DNA from: a virus
Lineage: Duplodnaviria > Caudoviricetes
IMG/VR virus record: IMGVR_UViG_3300034954_002602
Span: 1 to 63,934 of that record
Strand: one strand, 5' to 3'
Length of the DNA: 63,934 bases
Shown one piece after another: positions 58,074-63,934 of this stretch (positions are counted from its first letter, which is position 1; every line of letters starts with the position of its first letter). The notes beneath the pieces were generated by a model. That model did no database searches. It was not told where the DNA came from and worked only from the letters and a program-made list of their open reading frames with translations. A program made the translations under genes and the position numbers.

Positions 58074-59693
58074 ATGAAACCGTGGTTTGCCAAAGAAGCA
58101 GATATTATTAAGTTCCCAGAACCCAAAGCGAAGGTGATAGAACTGCCAAACGTGCAGTCGTATCCTGACTTCCTAACAGGGGTCAAGGACCTACACAACC
58201 GTAAGGAAAAGGGCGAGATATCCCAGGCGTCACACGACAAACTATACCAGGATCTCATACACAGATTTATGAGAAAAGAAGACTTTTCTAAACCTTGGTT
58301 TGAAAAAGAACTTGAAGAAGATGCAATGACGGCAAGAGACTATGCTCCGCTCATAAACACACTTTCAAGTCAAGGACTAAACGTCAATCCAAGACCTAAA
58401 CCGTCGAGATTGAAGAAGATTGTACACGCAAGGATCACCAATCCTGTTGATAAGATTACAGATGTGCTACAGCAACTTGGAGCAAAATTCAAAGTCATCC
58501 CAGGACCAAATGAACTGAGTGGTAAATTCTCTCAGGTGATAGCACAGTTTCCTAAACAACTTGCAAAGCAATTTCCCGACCTTGCAGGTAAAACATTCAA
58601 CATAGCAAGTGCCGTTAAAAAAGGATCAAGCGTTGGAATAAAAGTTTTTACACCAACAAACTTAGGTCTAGCAAACAAAACAATGAGTAGAACAGATTTA
58701 TACAACACATTGAAATCTACAATTCCTGGAAAAGTCAATGATGAAATAACTGAAGAATTACTATTACAGTTATTAGATGTAGCAGTAAAGAAAAAGAAAG
58801 CAGTTGATCCTGATATCATAGAACAATTCAACGCAGACGATCTAAGACAGTTGGGAGTTGATTTTGGTGAGATACTGGGACCTTTGATGTCAGGCGAAGA
58901 CGCAATAAAATTTCCTGCTGGTAATAGTATGCTGGCAGACGTTGAAATAAACGGCAAACCAATCAGCGTCAAGAGTGCGTCAGGCAGTGGTACCAGTTTC
59001 AAAGCAATTTTGCCATACCTTGACAAACTGAAAAATAACAAAGCAGTCAAACTAAACAAGGAAGAAACAAAGGTTAACAATTTCTTTAGAGCCTTTGTTG
59101 ACACCCAAGGAAACAATATGGACAAGATAGTGGCCGGTAGTAAGGTTGCAAACACTCCCGAACACCAAGCAATGGCCAAATTAGTTGGCAATAAAAATTT
59201 CACTGTGGCGGATCTTGAAAATTATGCTAGTAAGTTTGGCAAAAGAGAATATGGTAAGTTCCTAAATTCAATATATCCAGTATCAATAGCAGGCGGTTAC
59301 AAGATAGCAGATAAGGATCGTCCAAATGGATTACCACAAGATGCCGCGTACTATATGCACAAAAGTGATAAGAAACCTCAGGCCAAACAGGCAGGGAAAC
59401 CATCCTGGGACGCACAGGGTTCAGCAGTGGCCGGAAGGAACATAATGGTTTATATACTAGGTGCAAGTTTCTTGAAGGACGCTAAAAGAGTAGAGAAGAA
59501 AGAGAAGTTCAGCAATTTCCTTAGTAAAGTAATGCAGGGTGCAAATGCAGAAATAATGTGGGTAAACATAAATTCTAACGGCACGTTAAGCCTACAAAGA
59601 AAACCTATCAAGGACGTGCAGGCGGATTTCCAATACCACGCTCCATCACATATTCCTGGAAACAATCTACCAGGATTCAGTCTAAAACTGTAA
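58074..59693 (+). CDS. hypothetical phage protein
   Basis: 539 aa; ATG 5 nt after TAAATA; FP...LAD...ISVK weakly resembles PD-(D/E)XK. Confidence 0.65.
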   Translation: MKPWFAKEADIIKFPEPKAKVIELPNVQSYPDFLTGVKDLHNRKEKGEISQASHDKLYQDLIHRFMRKEDFSKPWFEKELEEDAMTARDYAPLINTLSSQGLNVNPRPKPSRLKKIVHARITNPVDKITDVLQQLGAKFKVIPGPNELSGKFSQVIAQFPKQLAKQFPDLAGKTFNIASAVKKGSSVGIKVFTPTNLGLANKTMSRTDLYNTLKSTIPGKVNDEITEELLLQLLDVAVKKKKAVDPDIIEQFNADDLRQLGVDFGEILGPLMSGEDAIKFPAGNSMLADVEINGKPISVKSASGSGTSFKAILPYLDKLKNNKAVKLNKEETKVNNFFRAFVDTQGNNMDKIVAGSKVANTPEHQAMAKLVGNKNFTVADLENYASKFGKREYGKFLNSIYPVSIAGGYKIADKDRPNGLPQDAAYYMHKSDKKPQAKQAGKPSWDAQGSAVAGRNIMVYILGASFLKDAKRVEKKEKFSNFLSKVMQGANAEIMWVNINSNGTLSLQRKPIKDVQADFQYHAPSHIPGNNLPGFSLKL

Positions 59694-59727
59694 TTGACAA
59701 AATAACCAAAATCTGTTATACTGGAGT

Positions 59728-60639
59728 ATGACTTTGATTAATGGTGACTGCACACTTGTTGCAGATCAGATAGCAGACAACTCCGTGGACTTACTACTCA
59801 CAGATCCACCATACAACATATCAGATGATGGTGCAAAGCCAGAATGGCGAGATCCAGAAACCGGAGAGAACAAGAACACAATACACAGTCAACGATTTGA
59901 TGAGAATTTTGATAGTAACTGGGACAGCGTCACACACGAAGAGTTCCTACAGCAGATGCAGAGTTGGAGTGAGATGTGGTATCGGAAACTGCGTAAGGGT
60001 GGTGCTTTCGCTGTGTTCATATCTGATCAGTACATCAGTTATCTATGGAAAATTATGAAGGACACAGGATTCGAACCCAAACGTATATTCACCTGGAAGA
60101 AGCCGGCCGCTGTGCCGTTTAACAGGAAAGTCAATCCTGTAAGTGGTTGCGAGTACGTGCTGTGGGGCATAAAGCCAGGTGGCACTAGAACTTTCAATGC
60201 AAGTGCGGTCGAAGGCACGATGGTTGAAAGGTATGCACGTGCTGACAAGATATCCAGCATCGTTTACAGGATGATCAAGGACAACACAGACAAGAGCATA
60301 GAAACTGTGTTCGCAGATGCACTCAAAGAATCCAAGAAGATGTTACAGAATCAAAAGAGGGATGATGATGTAGTACACTGTGTGATACCCAACACAATCA
60401 CTTATTCAGGAGGGTTGGGCAAGGACAAGATACATCCAACACAGAAGCCGGTAGAGATACTAAGGTACTTCATAGAACTGTGCACCAAACCTGGAGATAT
60501 GGTGTTGGACACGTTCGCGGGATCAGGAAGCACGGGTATGGCCTGCAAGGAAGCAGGCAGGAAGTACACACTGATAGAGCGTGATGCCAAGATGTTCACG
60601 CTGATGAAGAAGAAGTTCGACGGCGACTTATTCGAATGA
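59728..60639 (+). CDS. N4/N6 DNA methyltransferase (beta class, orphan)
   Basis: TDPPYN, HPTQKP, VLDTFAGSGST. Confidence 0.92.
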   Translation: MTLINGDCTLVADQIADNSVDLLLTDPPYNISDDGAKPEWRDPETGENKNTIHSQRFDENFDSNWDSVTHEEFLQQMQSWSEMWYRKLRKGGAFAVFISDQYISYLWKIMKDTGFEPKRIFTWKKPAAVPFNRKVNPVSGCEYVLWGIKPGGTRTFNASAVEGTMVERYARADKISSIVYRMIKDNTDKSIETVFADALKESKKMLQNQKRDDDVVHCVIPNTITYSGGLGKDKIHPTQKPVEILRYFIELCTKPGDMVLDTFAGSGSTGMACKEAGRKYTLIERDAKMFTLMKKKFDGDLFE

Positions 60640-60683
60640 TTCACTACGCACAATAAACAGATCACACCCTTATAAGTATTTGT

Positions 60684-61271
60684 ATGCACATCGACGCACA
60701 GGGCAAGATTCTAGTGGCACCCCCAGGTATGCCTGATCCAAGGTTCGCCAAGACTGTGGTGTTCATATGGAAGCACGACGTGTCTGGTGCGGCAGGGGTC
60801 GTTGTCAACAAGCGATGCCAAAGGCCCACATTCGAACACGTGTGCCAAGAGGGCAGGATTCCATTGAAGAAGGGCGTCAATCCACCGGTGTACTGGGGTG
60901 GACCAATACTGAACAACGTGGTTGGGGTACTACATAGCACTGAATACAGACTGCCCAGCACTAACACGCTGATAGAGGGTACTGTGGGATTCACGCTTGA
61001 CAGCAAGATACTGAATGATGTGGCACAGGGCAAAGGTCCACTCAATAGAATGATCACGCTAGGGATGGCCAACTGGAACGCTTCACAGTTGGAGGAAGAG
61101 ATCGAACACCCACACGCACCACAGATGAGTTGGTTGATGTTGGACTACGACGAGAAATTAGTGTTTGGACAATTAGAGGATACAAAACCTGACGACATCT
61201 GGGAGGATTGTGTCAGCAGGGCGGTGAAAAATAAAACAGCAGAAATCACATCTAAAATTTTTAAGGACTAG
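60684..61271 (+). CDS. YqgE/AlgH (UPF0301) family protein
   Basis: LVA.P.M.DPRF..TVV...H...GA.G.VVN, VY.GGP, G.A.W...QLEEEI. Confidence 0.88.
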   Translation: MHIDAQGKILVAPPGMPDPRFAKTVVFIWKHDVSGAAGVVVNKRCQRPTFEHVCQEGRIPLKKGVNPPVYWGGPILNNVVGVLHSTEYRLPSTNTLIEGTVGFTLDSKILNDVAQGKGPLNRMITLGMANWNASQLEEEIEHPHAPQMSWLMLDYDEKLVFGQLEDTKPDDIWEDCVSRAVKNKTAEITSKIFKD

Positions 61272-61345
61272 GTGTTTATTTTAAGTCCTTTGAAATAGTA
61301 GCACATATCCGGTATTTGGTAATTTCGATAAATACCCATATACGT

Positions 61346-61801
61346 ATGTTTAGAAAATTAATTTTCATAATGATCCTGGGTGTGACCGCACAGGCCTCAG
61401 AATTGACGCACGAGTTCAAAAACCCGTCATTCTCTGGCAATGGCTACAGCACCCACGTTCTTTCAATCGAGCAACTGCGATACAGCAGGAAGAACGATGT
61501 GAGGGATGAGCAGAGAAGGCTGGAATCACAGGCCAAGAGGGACGAAGAGAACACCACAATCAACAAATTCATCAAGAACGTGGAGTCAAGGATCTACGCA
61601 AACCTATCAAAACAACTTGTTGACAATATGTTCGGAGAGAGTTGCTCAGGCGAGTGTCCCACAAGCGGTACTGCTGAAGTGGAAGGCGACACGATCTACT
61701 GGGTAAAAGACACAACAACAGAAACGATTACACTGACAGTTACGGGACAGGATGGAACTGTGACAACAATGACTATACCAATGGGAGATTTCAATTTCTA
61801 A
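61346..61801 (+). CDS. csgF: curli assembly protein CsgF-like
   Basis: Signal peptide then SEL...FKNPSFSG. Confidence 0.75.
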   Translation: MFRKLIFIMILGVTAQASELTHEFKNPSFSGNGYSTHVLSIEQLRYSRKNDVRDEQRRLESQAKRDEENTTINKFIKNVESRIYANLSKQLVDNMFGESCSGECPTSGTAEVEGDTIYWVKDTTTETITLTVTGQDGTVTTMTIPMGDFNF

Positions 61802-62601
61802 TGATTAAACTTCTTGCCATAATTGCCCTAGTGTGTGGACTTGGTGGATGTGCGAAACATCACAACAAGGTGGAGATAGGACAGCAACCGTTCATAGAAG
61901 GCACTAGTACGAGGCATATGTTAGAAGCGATTCCGGCATTGGCCGACCAACCCAAGATCACTATAGCGGTGTACAATTTCCCTGATCTCACAGGACAGCG
62001 TAAACCCAGCACCAAGTTCTCACAACTGTCTATGGCAGTGTCACAGGGTGCTGATACCTGGGTGATAGCGGCCCTTAAAGCGGTGGGCAAGGGCACTTGG
62101 TTCAAAGTGGTGGAGAGAAAAGGGTTAGACAGTTTAATAAAAGAGAGACAATTGATAAGAAGCACCAGAGAGATGTATGACGGCAAACAGGAGGTGGGCA
62201 ACGTGATCAAACCACTCGTGTTCGCTGGATTGCTGATCGAGGGCGGCATAGTTGGATATGATGCCAACGTGGCCTCAGGTGGAGATGGTGCTAGATATTT
62301 CGGAATTGGCGTAAACGAAGAATACAGGATTGACCAGGTTACTGTAAGTATGCGCCTAGTTGCTGTACAAACGGGAGAAGTCCTGCTTACAGCAGAAGCA
62401 ACAAAAACGATTGCCAGCCACAAGACTGGCGCTGATGTGTTCAGATTTTTGGATATGAGCACCATGGCGTTTGAAGTGGAATCTGGTGTGGCGTCGAATG
62501 AACCAGTTAATTACGCAGTTAGGACAGCAATAGAGTTTTGTTTGCTAGAAATCTTAAAACTGGGTGATAAAGATGGCCTCTGGAAGATTAAATACTACTA
62601 A
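61801..62601 (+). CDS. csgG: curli secretion pore CsgG-like lipoprotein
   Basis: Lipobox LGGC; AVY.F.DLTGQRK, AVSQG, WF.VVER.GL, EGGIVGYD, NEPV. Confidence 0.9.
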   Translation: MIKLLAIIALVCGLGGCAKHHNKVEIGQQPFIEGTSTRHMLEAIPALADQPKITIAVYNFPDLTGQRKPSTKFSQLSMAVSQGADTWVIAALKAVGKGTWFKVVERKGLDSLIKERQLIRSTREMYDGKQEVGNVIKPLVFAGLLIEGGIVGYDANVASGGDGARYFGIGVNEEYRIDQVTVSMRLVAVQTGEVLLTAEATKTIASHKTGADVFRFLDMSTMAFEVESGVASNEPVNYAVRTAIEFCLLEILKLGDKDGLWKIKYY

Positions 62602-62615
62602 TAAGGAAACGAGGA

Positions 62616-63302
62616 ATGAAGCGACTATTAACAACATTACTATTATCAGCAGGTTTAGCCTTTGCGGCTCAAGCCAATGATATCTATGTTACACAGTCAG
62701 GAGCCGACCTTGATTTGGACATCACACAGGATGGACAAAACAACCAGGTAGGTAACTCCACTACTGCGTCATCTGTTATCGGTGCTAGTGCAACGATCGA
62801 CATTGACCAAGTGGGTAACTCCAACGTGTTGAAGTTTGATGTTAACGGAGCAAACTACACTGGAACGTTCAACGTGACGGGTAACTCCAACGACATTGAC
62901 ATCCTTTGTGACAGCACAGGAAACAACAGTTCTTGTGGAACTGTAACTGCGTCGATCACAATGGTTGGTAACTCAAATGACATAGATCTAGACATTGGTG
63001 AGACGTCAGATGCGTCTAACACCACTGCAACTATTACGTCAGCGGGATCAGAAGATTCCAACGTGATAGCGGCAACGATAGATGGTAAAAGTGCTATCTT
63101 GACAATCACAGTTGATGGTGACACCAACAACTGGTTGCTTGACATAGACGGCGACGGAGATATCAACGGACACACTTATATACACACTCACACAGGTGGT
63201 ATAGCAGACGTGGACGTGGTACAATCTGGAGTCTATGACAACATGGTGACTTTAACCACATCAGGTGATAATCACGACATCGACATCAGCCAAACTGACT
63301 AA
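62616..63302 (+). CDS. curlin-like repeat protein
   Basis: Signal peptide; repeated (I/V)xQ/xxGxxN units, Asp/Asn/Thr-rich. Confidence 0.7.
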   Translation: MKRLLTTLLLSAGLAFAAQANDIYVTQSGADLDLDITQDGQNNQVGNSTTASSVIGASATIDIDQVGNSNVLKFDVNGANYTGTFNVTGNSNDIDILCDSTGNNSSCGTVTASITMVGNSNDIDLDIGETSDASNTTATITSAGSEDSNVIAATIDGKSAILTITVDGDTNNWLLDIDGDGDINGHTYIHTHTGGIADVDVVQSGVYDNMVTLTTSGDNHDIDISQTD

Positions 63303-63934
63303 TGAAACTCTTAATAATACTGTTGTGCAGTCTAATATGGACTGCACAGGGGTACGCCAGCATCGGAAATGTAATCCTACACGAGGGCAATGGCGAGATT
63401 GAGAGGACCACGGGTGAATCACAAATAACTGTAAAAGATCTTGACGTGTTCAGTTATGACGTCGTCAAGACCGGCAACGGAAAAACAGGCATAGAATTCG
63501 TAGACGAAACAAGAGTTGATGTCACACAACACAGCAAACTGATAATCGACGAGTTCGTTTATGATCCCAACACCAAGACAGGTGCGTTGAGTCTTAAGGC
63601 ATCACTGGGCACAGTGAGATACGCATCTGGACAGATAGCAAAGAATTCAAAACAGAATGTAAAGATATCAACACCAACTGCCACGATCGCTGTCAGGGGT
63701 ACGGACTTCGCGATGACCATAGACGAACTGGGTAGCAGTACGATCATCCTACTGCCTAGTTGCAACACACTGGGCAAATGCTACGTGGGAGAGATCGCCG
63801 TTGAATCAGATGCGGGACAGGTGATAATGAACCAGGCATTCCAGGCCACGGTGGTTGAGACTGTCGCCAGTCCGCCGATGCCACCAGTGACATTATCGCT
63901 TGACGAAAGTTTAATCAGCAACTTGCTGATAATC
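63302..63934 (+). CDS. FecR-domain protein (partial, runs off window)
   Basis: Hand translation: signal peptide, D.V.TG, F.D.T, TPTATIAVRGTDF. Confidence 0.8.
   Translation, partial: MKLLIILLCSLIWTAQGYASIGNVILHEGNGEIERTTGESQITVKDLDVFSYDVVKTGNGKTGIEFVDETRVDVTQHSKLIIDEFVYDPNTKTGALSLKASLGTVRYASGQIAKNSKQNVKISTPTATIAVRGTDFAMTIDELGSSTIILLPSCNTLGKCYVGEIAVESDAGQVIMNQAFQATVVETVASPPMPPVTLSLDESLISNLLII

Noticed and set aside
1-63934. Bacterial chromosome or prophage origin, or alternative genetic code
   Set aside because: Host-like genes are isolated from their usual operons and interleaved with virion genes and late promoters; no integrase seen; genes read intact in code 11 with all three stop codons used

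Overview
A gene-dense, AT-rich 64 kb segment of a large lytic myovirus-like dsDNA phage. Phage markers are a PAAR spike, a pectate-lyase-fold tail protein, nrdAB, thyX, a PD-(D/E)XK exonuclease and T4-like TAAATA late promoters. The host is probably a marine alphaproteobacterium (inferred from the two-piece tmRNA, DUF1178, FdxA, YqgE and Tct genes). Host-like accessory genes are abundant: two TctA/TctC transporter pairs, three amidinotransferases, four radical SAM enzymes, GT10-like glycosyltransferases, methyltransferases, an Fe-S/B12 block (grx, fdxA, sufE, sufT, TonB-dependent receptor), a proteostasis block (clpX, rpsU, hsp20, clpS) and a curli-like module. The most interesting signals are missed by the ORF track: (1) a complete circularly permuted tmRNA with its own promoter and a 22-aa tag ending in LAA, in a genome that also encodes ClpX; (2) two tandem metallothionein-like 40-42 aa peptides with identical Cys/His spacing; (3) a roughly 150-nt structured RNA starting at a predicted sigma70 start site; (4) a ROSE-like RNA thermometer on hsp20; (5) widespread predicted leaderless mRNAs from both promoter classes. 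All calls are by-eye motif recognition; no database searches or folding programs were run.
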